A program made the translations under genes and the position numbers. A stretch of DNA of 64,000 bases. Origin: Macrostomum lignano. Its lineage: Eukaryota. A model generated the notes under the pieces. That model ran no database searches. It was not told the DNA's origin and saw only the letters and a program-made list of their open reading frames with translations. Positions 1 to 11,885 of the stretch are shown in pieces; the stretch's first letter is position 1; the number at the start of each line of letters is the position of its first letter. The stretch covers positions 62,001 to 126,000 of the forward strand of contig NIVC01000870.1 of assembly GCA_002269645.1 (NCBI GenBank). Reading direction: 5' to 3'.

Positions 1-300
1 TCTCGTCATCTATTCTCAGCCCATTCCCAGCCTCTCGTCATCTATTCTCACCCCATTCTCAACCTCTCTTCATCTGTTTTCATCCTTTTCTCAACCTTTT
101 CTCGTCTATTCTCATCTTTTCTTACCTCACTTTGCCGCTCATTATTTATTCTCACCCTATTCCCTGCCTCTCCTCATCTATTCTCATCCTATTTTCAGCC
201 TCTCCTCATCTATTCACACCCTATTCTCAGCCTCTCGTTTATCACCCTCTCGCCATCCATTTTCTCCATCTAATCTAATCTAGCCCATCCATAGCATCTG
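1..300. repeat. Degenerate ~30-bp CT-rich tandem repeat (intronic)
   Basis: Recurrent tctcgtcatctattctcagccc units. Confidence 0.7.
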
Positions 301-426
301 TGCTCAGCTTCCTGATCTTCTAACCATGATTGTTAACACAATTATTAAGTGTCACTTTCATTTAGTATCTAAAAAGTCAGTCAAAACATATCCGTATTCA
401 ACCCAATCTCATCTCATCCATCTCAG

Positions 427-3400
427 GTGAGCCGCCTCACCACAAGCGGCTACCGCCTGCTAGCGGACATCCAATCAATCTACGTGACTCGCGCCTATGC
501 TCAGAAGGACACAGTTAGCCGCCTGAACTCCATTCACTCCGGGTGCAACGCCGAGCTCAGAGCATTCTTCGATGTTGACAGGCTGACCGCCGGACCAGAA
601 GCTGCTGCGGTGGCCTTCGCTCGCAAGGCTGTGCTGTTCAAACAGTGGCTGACAGCCCTGATCGATCGGTGGCAAGGCCTGCTGCAGGAGGCTCTCATGT
701 TTGAGTCCTCTGCAACTGGGCCTGCTCAACCAGCTGCTGCTCAGGCTCCGGCTGCTGCACCTTCTGCATCTGCTGGGACAGCATCAACAGCCGCCTCGGC
801 GACTGCGGCGCCAGATCCTGCTGCTGCACCCGCGCCAGAGTCTGGCGTGTCGCCGCCAGCGCAGTCTGCTGGCGCTGAATCACTGGAGCAACAGCAGCAG
901 CAGCAGCAGCCGCAGATGCAGCGCAAATCAAGTAGAAGTGTTCTGGCTAAACGGCCGGCTTCTTCTCATGTGCCTGCTGTTCAGGTTAGCTGGCTGTTTG
1001 TTTGTCTGTTAGGGATTTGGGAGCTCTTTTAGCCTTATCTGAATGAGTTTCGACAATAATTATGGCCCAGAAACTGGGGATCTGGGAGGTTGGTGGCCCA
1101 GCAACTGGGGATCTGGGAGGCTGGTGGCCCAGCAACTGGGGATCTGGGAGGCTGGTGGCCCAGCAACTGGGGATCTGGGAGCCTGGCCCAGCAACTGAGG
1201 ATCTGGGAGGCTGGTGGCCCAGCAACTGAGGATCTGGGAGGCTGGCCTAGCAACTGAGGATCTGGGAGGCTGGCCCAGCAACTGAGGATCTGGGAGGCTG
1301 GTGGCCCAGCAACTGAGGATCTGGGAGGCTGGCCCAGCAACTGAGGATCTGGGAGGCTGGTGGCCCAGCAACTGAGGATCTGGGAGGCTGGCCCAGCAAC
1401 TGAGGATCTGGGAGTCTGGTGGCCCAGCAACTGAGGATCTGGGAGGCTGGCCCAGCAACTGAGGATCTGGGAGGCTGGTGGCCCAGCAACTGGGGATCTG
1501 GGAGGCTGGCCCAGCAACTGAGGATCTGCGAGGCTGGTGGCCCAGCAACTGAGGATCTGGGAGGCTGGCCCAGCAACTGAGGATCTGGAAGGCTGGCCCA
1601 GCAACTGAGGATCTGGGAGGCTGGCCCAGCAACTGAGGATCTGGGAGGCTGGTGGCCCAGCAACTGAGGATCTGGGAGGCTGGCCCAGCAACTGAGGATC
1701 TGGGAGGCTGGTGGCCCAGCAACTGAGGATCTGGGAGGCTGGTGGCCCAGCAACTGAGGATCTGGAAGGCTGGCCCATTAGTTGAAGATCTGGAAGGCTG
1801 GCGGTTGCCTAGCAACCGAGGATTAGGTACACCAGCTAAGATGAATCCACAAAGACCCCACCTCCGTGCAGGTGTCTATACCCCGGCCAGACATTCTGCC
1901 CAGCACGGAGACCTACTTTGTGCCTCCAATGGTCAGTCAGCCAGTCTGCGTGTACGCCAATGACCCCAGTTCAATCATTGCATTCGCCCTGAGCTCGCTT
2001 AAGCATCAGGACTTTGTGCAGCACTCCTGCTTTAATCTGTCTGGTGAGGTGCCTTCTGCTGCTGCTGGTGCGTCGGCGGCCAGTCACAGCAGGGTGCCGT
2101 CTGACCAGGCTGGAGGTGGGGCCTGCGGCACCGGATCGACGCCTGATGTGCCCACTGACCACGTAAGTATGAGATTAGACTATAGAAGATATTCTAAATA
2201 GATAAAGATTTCTATACACAATTGTAGGTGTGAGACTAGATGATTGGAGTGATATTATAGGTGTGAGACTAGATGATTGGAGTGATATTATAGGTGTGAG
2301 ACTAGATGATTGGAGTGATATTATAGGTGTGAGACTAGATGATTGGAGTGATATTATAGGTGTGAGACTAGATGATTGGAGTGATATTATAGGTGTGAGA
2401 CTAGATGATTGGAGTGATATTATAGGTGTGAGACTAGATGATTGGAGTGATATTATAGGTGTGAGACTAGATGATTGGAGTGATATTATAGGTGTGAGAC
2501 TAGATGATTGGAGTGATATTATAGGTGTGAGACTAGATGATTGGAGTGAGATTGTAGGTGTGAGACTAGATGATTGGAGTGAGATTGTAGGTGTGAGACT
2601 AGATGATTGGAGTGATATTATAGGTGTGAGACTAGATGATTGGAGTGATATTATAGGTGTGAGACTAGATGATTGGAGTGATATTATAGGTGTGAGACTA
2701 GATGATTGGAGTGAGATTGTAGGTGTGAGACTAGATGATTGGAGTGATATTATAGGTGTGAGACTAGATGATTGGAGTGAGATTGTAGGTGTGAGACTAG
2801 ATGATTGGAGTGATATTATAGGTGTGAGACTAGATGATTGGAGTGAGATTGTAGGTGTGAGACTAGATGATTGGAGTGATATTATAGGTGTGAGACTAGA
2901 TGATTGGAGTGAGATTGTAGGTGTGAGACTAGATGATTGGAGTGATATTATAGGTGTGAGACTAGATGATTGGAGTGATATTATAGGTGTGAGACTAGAT
3001 GATTGGAGTGAGATTGTAGGTGTGAGACTAGATGATTGGAGTGATATTATAGGTGTGAGACTAGATGATTGGAGTGAGATTGTAGGTGTGAGACTAGATG
3101 ATTGGAGTGATATTATAGGTGTGAGACTAGATGATTGGAGTGAGATTGTAGGTGTGAGACTAGATGATTGGAGTGATATTATAGGTGTGAGACTAGATGA
3201 TTGGAGTGAGATTGTAGGTGTGAGACTAGATGATTGGAGTGATATTATAGGTGTGAGACTAGATGATTGGAGTGAGATTGTAGGTGTGAGACTAGATGAT
3301 TAGAGTGATATTGTAGGTGTGAGACTAGATGATTGGAGTGAGATTGTAGGTGTGAGACTAGATGATTATAGTGATATTGTAGGTGTGAGACTAGATGATT

Positions 3401-6345
3401 AGAGTGATATTGTAGGTGTGAGACTAGATGATTAGAGTGAGATTCCGTGTGTGAGACTAGATGATTAGAGTGATATTGTAGGTGTGAGACTAGATGATTA
3501 GAGTGAGATTCCGTGTGTGAGACTAGATGATTAGAGTGATATTGTAGGTGTGAGACTAGATGATTAGAGTGAGATTCCGTGTGTGAGACTAGATGATTAG
3601 AGTGAAATTGTAATTGTGAGACTAGATGATTAGGGTGAGATTCCGTGCGTGAGACTAGATGATTAGAGTGATATTGTAAGTGGGAGACTAGATGCTTAGA
3701 GTGATATTCTGTGCGTGAGACTAGATGATAGATATATTGTGAGAATAAATATTAGAATAAATGAGTTCATCAATGGTGACTGCCAACCCCCCTATCGCAG
3801 GTAAAGTACAACCCAGCCCAGCGCGCCATCAAGATCGGCAATCACGCGGCCTCAGTGCTGGATGGCAACTCAATTGAGCAGTCGCTGACCTCCCGCCCCA
3901 GTTCCGCCAGCTTAGCCGGCGGTCACAAAAAGGACATTGTAGAAATCGAATTCATTGGCGGCGATTTGAAAATCTTCTGTCGAGTTTATCACGCCTGCAA
4001 GTTTCACGCCCTCAGGCGGGACATCCTGCCGCAGGGCGAGGCGGCGTTTCTTCACTCCATCAGCCGGTCCGCAGTCTGGGCCACCACTGGAGGCAAGTCT
4101 CGGGCCAGTTTCTATAAAACTGCCGACGATCGATTTGTATTGAAACGCGTGTCCGAGTTCGAATCCGATTCTCTAGACGTGATGGCGCCGCACTATTGTC
4201 AGTACATTCACAAGCGGGCCCGGTCTGGCCTGCCCTGCTGCCTGGCTAAGATTGTTGGCATGTTCTTTTTGGCTTATAGCAACCCCATGTGCATCGGATT
4301 GCAGCTGAAAGGCACCTACGTGCTGATGGAGAATCTGCTCTATAACTGTCGGATTGATCGGGTGTTCGACCTGAAAGGCTCGGAGAGGAATCGGTGAGAA
4401 TAGCATTATCAACATCCCGACTTGGGGATATTTCTGTGCATTATCTACATCCCGATTTGGGGATATTTCTGTGTATTATCAGCATCCCGATTTGGGGATA
4501 TTTCTGTGCATTATCAACATCCCGATTTGGGGATATTTCTGTGCACTATCAACATCCCGATTTGGGGATATTTCTGTGCATTATCAACATCCCGATTTGG
4601 GGATATTTCTGTGCATTATCAACATCCCGATTTGGGGATATTTCTGTGCATTATCAGCATCCCGATTTGGGGATATTTCTGTGCATTATCAACATCCCGA
4701 TTTGGGGATATTTCTGTGCATTATCAGCATCCCGATTTGGGGATATTTCTGTGCATTATCAACATCCCGATTTGGGGATATTTCTGTGCATTATCAGCAT
4801 CCAGATTTGGGGATATTTCTGTGCATTATCAACATCCCGATTTGGGGATATTTCTGTGCATTATCAGCATCCCAATTTGGGGATATTTCTGTGCATTATC
4901 AACATCCCGATTTGGGAATATTTCTGTGCATTATCAGCATCCCAATTTGGGGATATTTCTGTGCATTATCAACATCCCGATTTGGGGATATTTCTGTGCA
5001 TTATCAACATCCCAATTGGGGGATATTTCTGTGCATTATCAGCATCCCAATTTGGGGATATTTCTGTGCATTATCAACATCCCGATTTGGGGATATTTCT
5101 GTGCATTATCAACATCCCAATTGGGGGATATTTCTGTGCATTATCAGCATCCCAATTTGGAGGATATTTCTGTGCATTATCAACATCCCGATTTGGGGAT
5201 ATTTCTGTGCATTATCAGCATCCCAATTTGGGATATTTCTGTGCATTATCAGCATCCCAATTTGGAGGATATTTCTGTGCATTATCAACATCCCGATTTG
5301 GGGATATTTCTGTGCATTATCAACATCCCAATTTGGGGATATTTCTGTGCATTATCAGCATTCTAATTTGAGGATATTTCTGTGCATTATCAGCATCCCA
5401 ATTTGGGGATATTTCTGTGCATTATCAGCATTCTAATTTGAGGATATTTCTGTGCATTATCAGCATCCCGATTTGGGGATATTTCTGTGCATTATCAGCA
5501 TCCGGATTTGGGGATATTTCTGTGCATTATCAACATCCCGATTTGGGGATATTTCTGTGCATTATCAGCATCCGGATTTGGGGATATTTCTGTGCATTAT
5601 CAGCATCCCCATTTGGGGATATTTCTGTGCATTATCAGCATCCCAATTTGGGATATTTCTGTGCATTATCAGCATCCTAAATGGAGGATATTTCTGTGCA
5701 TTATCGGCATCCCAAATTGGGGGATATTTCTGTGCATTATCAGCATCCTAAATTGGGGGATATTTCTGTGCATTATCAGCATCCCAATTTGGGGATATTT
5801 CTTCGCGTTATCAGTCTCCCGATTTGGGGATACTTATAGGGATCCTTCATCAATCAGCAGCTTCCCCATTCTAGGGGCTATTACTGTCAGGGGATACTAC
5901 TGAACATCCCTAACAGAAATCCCCCAACGCACTCGGCAGGCACCTCACTGACGATGGCCAGACGGTGCTGCTGGACCAAAACTTTGCCGACGTGTCCTTG
6001 GAAGAGCCGCTGTTTGTCCGGCGTCCCGAATGGTTGGTGCTGCAGCGGGCCCTGCTGTGCGACACCAACTTTCTGCGACAGCACAACATCATGGATTACT
6101 CGCTAATCCTTGGCCTAGCCGATGATCAAGTGATCTGCGGCATTGTGGACTACATTCGCGACTTTACCATTGATAAAATGGTGGAATACCTGTGGAAGAA
6201 AATTCAAAGCGAGCAGTTGCCAACTGTGATTAATCCTCAGCTGTATCAGGAGCGATTTCTAGCCGCAATGGGTGTCAACTTTATACCCGTGCCGGGTCAT
6301 TGGGACACTTTTAACCTGTACGAGTGCAATTATGATGATGAATGA
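427..6345 (+). CDS. PIKFYVE: PIKfyve/FAB1 phosphatidylinositol-3-phosphate 5-kinase, 3' portion; exons 427-984, 1872-2162, 3801-4393, 5940-6345 (5' exons outside window)
   Basis: GT-AG junctions join in frame. Motifs VYANDPSSIIAFALSS, GGKSRASFYKTADDRFVLK, MENL, FDLKGSERNR, DTNFLRQHNIMDYSLILG, GIVDYIRDFT and PTVINPQLYQERF are typical of the Fab1 PIPK domain. Confidence 0.9.
1060..1800. repeat. 24/27-bp minisatellite in PIKfyve intron
   Basis: Unit gcccagcaactgaggatctgggaggct(ggt)g. Confidence 0.95.
2222..3725. repeat. 33-bp minisatellite in PIKfyve intron
   Basis: Unit ggtgtgagactagatgattggagtgatattata, ~45 copies, degenerating 3'. Confidence 0.95.
4403..5830. repeat. 35-bp minisatellite in PIKfyve intron
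   Basis: Unit gcattatcaacatcccgatttggggatatttctgt. Confidence 0.95.
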
Positions 6346-6669
6346 CCCGTGAAGCTGTGCGCTGTACTCTTGTGGAATTAAAATCTCAATCGGAAACGGT
6401 AACCCATGAAGTCGTGTGAGTCAATTCGAGGCGTGTTTGTGTATATATTTAGTAGTATGCGCTGTACTACGATTTGTGTAAGCAAATTCTAAATCTGTAC
6501 TATTCAAGTTTGATTGTCTAAGAATATTTTATTGTTAATCATTTTTATCAGAGTTTTTTTTATCTGTCCTGATTTTTATTTCTATATGTATTCAAGTTTG
6601 TTAGTGCTTTCTACTCAGATTTGGAGATTATGTGGGAACTAATGATAATTTATGATTTGTGACCCAGAC

Positions 6670-7565
6670 TCTTGTCACTGAGATTCTTGTGACTTTTCAT
6701 ACCGATCCCCACTTGACTTGTCACTCAGATCCCCACCTGACTTGTCACTCAGATCTTCACGTGACTTGTCACTCAGATCCTCACCTGACTTGTCACTCAG
6801 ATCCTCATCTGACTTGTCACTCACATCCCCACGTGACTTGTCACTCAGATCCCCACTTGACTTGTCACTCAGATCCCCACCTGACTTGTCACTCAGATTT
6901 TCACGTGACTTGTCACTCAGATCCTCACCTGACTTGTCACTCAGATCCCCACCTGACTTGTCACTCAGATCCCCACGTGACTTGTCACTCAGATCCTCAC
7001 CTGACTTGTCACTCAGATCCCCACCTGACTTGTCACTCAGATCCCCACGTGACTTGTCACTCAGATCCTCACCTGACTTGTCACTCAGATCTTCATCTGA
7101 CTTGTCACTCACATCCCCACCTGACTTGTCACTCAGATCCCCACTTGACTTGTCACTCAGATCTTCACGTGACTTGTCACTCAGATCCCCACGTGACTTG
7201 TCACTCAGATCCTCACCGGACTTGTCACTCAGATCCCTAAGTGACTTTTCACACCGATCCTCACCTGACTTGCCACTCAGATCTTCACGTGACTTGCCAC
7301 TCAGATCTTCACGTGACTTGCCACTCAGATCTTCACGTGACTTGCCACTCAGATCTTCACGTGACTTGCCACTCAGATCTTCTCGGGATTTGTCACTCAG
7401 ATCTTTTAGGTGACTTGTCACTCAGATCTTTTAGGTGACTTGTCACTCAGATCTTTTAGGTGACTTGTCACTCAGATCTTTTAGGTGACTTGTCACTCAG
7501 ATCTTTTAGGTGACTTGTCACTCAGATCTTTTAGGTGACTTGTCAGTCAAATCCTCACGTGACTT
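6670..7565. repeat. 24-bp minisatellite, intergenic
   Basis: Unit gacttgtcactcagatccccacct. Confidence 0.95.
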
Positions 7566-8137
7566 ATCTAATTAATTCTAATTATATCTAATCACCACTA
7601 ACGATGGTTCTGGCATATACTCTTTACCTATACTAAATATGCATAAATAATCTCGTTACAGCTTCCATGCGTTTGACAAATTGATTAAATTTCGTGAAAA
7701 CTCACAAACCCCAACCAGTCTGCAGTGTTGTGTTTCCATCAAATTTAATTTTTTTTTCATATTTTCGCTTTCATATCAAAAATGGAATCTATATTTTAAA
7801 GTTGCTATTTTGATTAATTGACAATTTGTCATAATTATTAACTGAAGTTGATTAGGTCCAGTGCTTGGTATGAATTTAGAGTTTTTTGTCCAAGTGATGT
7901 TGGTCGATAATTATTATTCCATTCACTGGTATTTTTTCCGCTTGTGGCATGCTCATTTCAAATCATTTGCCGCTAACCTTGTTTAAGCCACTGCTTACTT
8001 GAAAATTGCTTTTTTTAAATTAGAATGTGTGAGTTTTTATAATTTATTAAATTATATTTTTCAGTACAAATGATTCGTTAAACATAAACTGTTTTTTTTC
8101 TTTTTTTGTAACAGCAAAGGTTTCAGTTAAAGGTTTA

Positions 8138-8900
8138 AGATTGCTAATCCCAACATGGGATATTATCAGATTGCTAATCCCAACATGGCGATATTATCAG
8201 ATTGCTAATCCCAACATGGGGTATTATCAGATTGCTAATCCCAACATGGGGATATTATCAGATTGCTAATCCCAACATGGGGTATTATTAGATTGCTAAT
8301 CCCAACATGGGGATATTATCAGATTGCTAATCCCAACATGGGGTATTATCAGATTGCTAATCCCAACATAGGATATTATCAGATTGCTAATCCCAACATA
8401 GGATATTATCAGATTGCTAATCCCAACATGGGATATTATCAGATTGCTAATCCCAACATGGGGTATTATCAGATTGCTAATCCCAACATGGGGATATTAT
8501 CAGATTGCTAATCCCAACATGGGGATATATTATCAGATTGCTAATCCCAACATAGGATATTATCAGATTGCTAATCCCAACATGGGATATTATCAGATTG
8601 CTAATCCCAACATGGGGTATTATCAGATTGCTAATCCCAACATGGGGATATTATCAGATTGATAATCCCAACATGGGGATATTATCAGATTGCTAATCCC
8701 AACATGGGATATTATCAGATTGCTAATCCCAACATGGGGTATTATCAGATTGCTAATCCCAACATGGGGATATTATCAGATTGCTAATCCCAACATGGGG
8801 ATATTATCAGATTGCTAATCCCATCATGGGGATATTATCAGATTGCTAATCCCATCATGGGGATATTATCAGATTGCTAATCCCATCATGGGGATATTTT
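8138..8900. repeat. 30/31-bp minisatellite upstream of the Nup35 acceptor
   Basis: Unit agattgctaatcccaacatgggatattatc. Confidence 0.95.
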
Positions 8901-8926
8901 CAAACAAGCTCCTCATCTCCCCGCAG

Positions 8927-10150
8927 GAGCCGATGCTGATTTCTCCTCTTCAGGCGCAGCAGCAGCAGCATTCGCTGGCCTCCGCCGCAGGTCACCTCAG
9001 CCCCTCCTCGCCGCCACCACCCATGGCAGCGGCAGGCTACATGCCGGGCTATCTGCTAGATGAAGCTTGGAACTCGCCAGCTGGAGCCCAAGCCGCCGGC
9101 AGCTATTACAGTGCGGCCGCGGTGCCCCCGGGTTCGAATCCTGGCCAGCTGCACTATTATCAGCAGCAGCAACAGCAGGCCCATTGGATGCTGTCTGGCG
9201 GTCCTGGGTTCGCTTCGCCGATGCACCAGCAGCAGCAGCTGGCATTGTCAACCGGTCACTATGGCAACCAGCAGTCTTCGTCGGCTTCGCCAATTCGAAC
9301 TTCGCCCCCGTCGCCAAGACAATCGCTAACGGCAATGACTTCGGCGTCGGCTGCTGCTGCTGGCAGTCAGAAACGGCAGCCGCCGCCCACAACCAGCCTG
9401 TGGGCTCTGCAGCAGCAGCAGCAGCAGCAGCAACCTCCCCCTCCGCCGCCTCCACCACCGCCACCGCCCTCTCAAACCAGCACCCCGGTTCGTCCTGGGC
9501 TTCGCAACCATCCACAGCAGCAGCAGCAGCAGTTCTTCTCTCCTGCAGCCAGCCTCAATAATCCTCTGGACACTTCAGCAGCGGCAGGAGCCGCAGGCGC
9601 TAACACAGACGATGGCACCTGGGTGACGGTGTTCGGGTTCCCGTCTGGCTCGGTCAGCTTCGTGCTGCAGCAGCTGGCTCAGTGCGGTCGCATCGAACGG
9701 CACACGGCTCCAGCTGGCGGCGGCGCCAACTGGGTGCACGTGAAGTTCCAGAACCGAGTGCAGGCTAGGCGGGCCCTGTGCCGCAATGGCCGGGTGCTCA
9801 GCGCCAACTGCATGATCGGCGTGCAGCCCTGCCAGGACCCGGCCGCGGCAGCTGACACCTCGGTGCCGGCCGCCATCTCCGGTACGCCGCTGGCTGAGCA
9901 GAACCAGCAGCATCAGTCGAATTTGAACGCCACGGCAGCCAATCAGAGCGCCAACTGCTCGTCCATGCGCTCATTGGCTGTGAGCCGGCTGGGCACTCCG
10001 GCTGCCTCCGCTGCCGTAGCCGGGGTCGCCGCTGGAACTCCGAGGTCAACTAAGATTTCCGCTTCCACGTCCGCTGTTGATGGCAGTCGGGTGCTGAGAG
10101 AGAATCCAGGACTGCTCAATAAGGCCATCAGCTATATGTTCGGCTGGTGA
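8927..10150 (+). CDS. NUP35: Nucleoporin Nup35/Nup53, single coding exon after acceptor ccccgcag|GAG CCG ATG (first ATG 8933)
   Basis: N-terminal EPM..SP / YMPGYLL motif, Nup35-type RRM (WVTVFGFP...NWVHVKFQ...ARRAL..NG...MIGVQPC), C-terminal amphipathic helix GLLNKAISYMFGW. Confidence 0.92.
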   Translation, partial: EPMLISPLQAQQQQHSLASAAGHLSPSSPPPPMAAAGYMPGYLLDEAWNSPAGAQAAGSYYSAAAVPPGSNPGQLHYYQQQQQQAHWMLSGGPGFASPMHQQQQLALSTGHYGNQQSSSASPIRTSPPSPRQSLTAMTSASAAAAGSQKRQPPPTTSLWALQQQQQQQQPPPPPPPPPPPPSQTSTPVRPGLRNHPQQQQQQFFSPAASLNNPLDTSAAAGAAGANTDDGTWVTVFGFPSGSVSFVLQQLAQCGRIERHTAPAGGGANWVHVKFQNRVQARRALCRNGRVLSANCMIGVQPCQDPAAAADTSVPAAISGTPLAEQNQQHQSNLNATAANQSANCSSMRSLAVSRLGTPAASAAVAGVAAGTPRSTKISASTSAVDGSRVLRENPGLLNKAISYMFGW

Positions 10151-10189
10151 AAGCAGTGCATGTTTCTAGGTTATGCTGTTGGGGATTAA

Positions 10190-10790
10190 CCACGTGTCTC
10201 ACTAATCCCTGAGATCCCATGTCTCACTTATCCCTGAAATCCCATCTCTCACTAATCCCGGAGATCCCATCTCTCACTAATCCCTGAGATCCCATGTCTC
10301 ACTTATCCCTGAGATCCCATCTCTCACTTATCCCTGAGATCCCATCTCTCACTAATCCCTGAAATCCCATCTCTCACTTATCCCTGATGTCTCATCTTTC
10401 ACTTATCCCTGAAATCCCATCTCTCACTAATCCCTGAGATCCCATCTCTGATTTATTCTTGATGTCTCATCTCTCACTAATCCCTGAGATCCCATCTCTC
10501 ACTAGTCCCTGAGATCCCATCTCTCACTTATCCCTGAGATCCCATCTCTCACTTATCCCTGAGATCCCATCTCTCACTTATCCCTGAGATCCCATCTCTC
10601 ACTAATCCCTGAGATCCCATCTCTCACTTATGCCTGAAATCCCATCTCCCACTAATCCCTGAAATCCCATCTCTCACTAATCCCTGAAATCCCATCTCTC
10701 ACTAATCCCTGAAATCCCATCTCTCACTTATCCCTGATGTCTCATCTCTCATTAATCCCTGAGATCCCATCTCTCAGTAATCCCTAATTT
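10190..10790. repeat. 25-bp minisatellite
   Basis: Unit atcccatctctcacttatccctgag. Confidence 0.9.
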
Positions 10791-11444
10791 AATTTCGTAT
10801 TTAAATCCTAAAATTATACCTATACAACTATTTATTATATTCCATGGTTTGTTAAACACATAGGCTTATAATATTGATAATAAACAGTTTACCAAAGAAT
10901 CGCTTAAACCCATTCTGCCATTCATGCGATCGCTTAACTTATTCATTGCAATGTTTTTTAATAAAGTCGTGCCAATAAAATTGCGGAATCTTGTCAACAA
11001 TCATTTTCATTGTCAGTTTCGCATTGTAAAGTACAGAATGTACTAAATGTTCCATCCGCCAGTTTCATATAATGGTATTTATTATATTAGCAATCGTGCA
11101 TAACAGCGATTAAATAGGGTTCAGCTCGACTTTGAATGAGTTTTATTTTGTAACACAGTTTTTTATTTGTTTATATTTATCCACGATTTATAAAATATGC
11201 CAAGCTGCTCTGGGCCGAGTTGTCGGTGTTTTATTTGAATAATTATCGGAATAAATCGATAGTTGACCTGTTGAGTCTGTTTTGGGGCAAATTTTGCCCC
11301 GCAGTTTGCTCAGCGGCTTCGGTTTCCAAACTGCTTGAAGTTCTCGATGAAAGAAAAAATCGATAAAACTATTTTTTAAACGGTGAGATCACTTGTGTTA
11401 CTGGGTTCGTTTTTTACAGGGGCTTGTGTCTTTGCCTGATGTCT

Positions 11445-11585
11445 GTGTGTTTGTTTGTCTCTCTGTCTGTCCGTCTGTCTGTCTGTCGTCTGTCTGTGTC
11501 TGTCTGTCTGTCTGTCTTTTTGTCTGTCTGTCTGTCTTTGTCTCTCCGTTTGTCCGTCTGTGTATATCTGTCTGTCTGTCTGACC
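11445..11585. repeat. (GTCT)n complex microsatellite
   Basis: GTCT units with an embedded gtctctccgtttgtccgtctgtgtatatctg segment. Confidence 0.85.
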
Positions 11586-11885
11586 GACGCCTGCCGAGTC
11601 CTTTATTTCCTATCTGCTGGAACAAAACAGAAGAACCCAAATGCAATAAAATGTCACCCTGGGCTGCATGCTTTTTCTGCTAAACGGGACTGCAACATCT
11701 GGAGAATTGCCTGGTCGAGATAAGTGCAGCAGTTTTGGTAGCTTTTTTAGTTGCTAAGACAATTTTGTCACGCACTTGAGCACCTGATAAACTGCCATGG
11801 AGGTGTGTTAACAACCTCTATTTAAACACAAACAACTTTTTTTGGTATTGAGTATTGTTTCTTTGGAAGAATATTTATTGAGAAC

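Noticed and set aside
2230-3303. 357-aa GVRLDDWSDII ORF and similar long ORFs at 1035-1815, 4394-5436, 6659-7421, 45824-46406 and 56202-58391
   Set aside because: Translations of minisatellites lying inside GT-AG introns or intergenic DNA; open in several frames.
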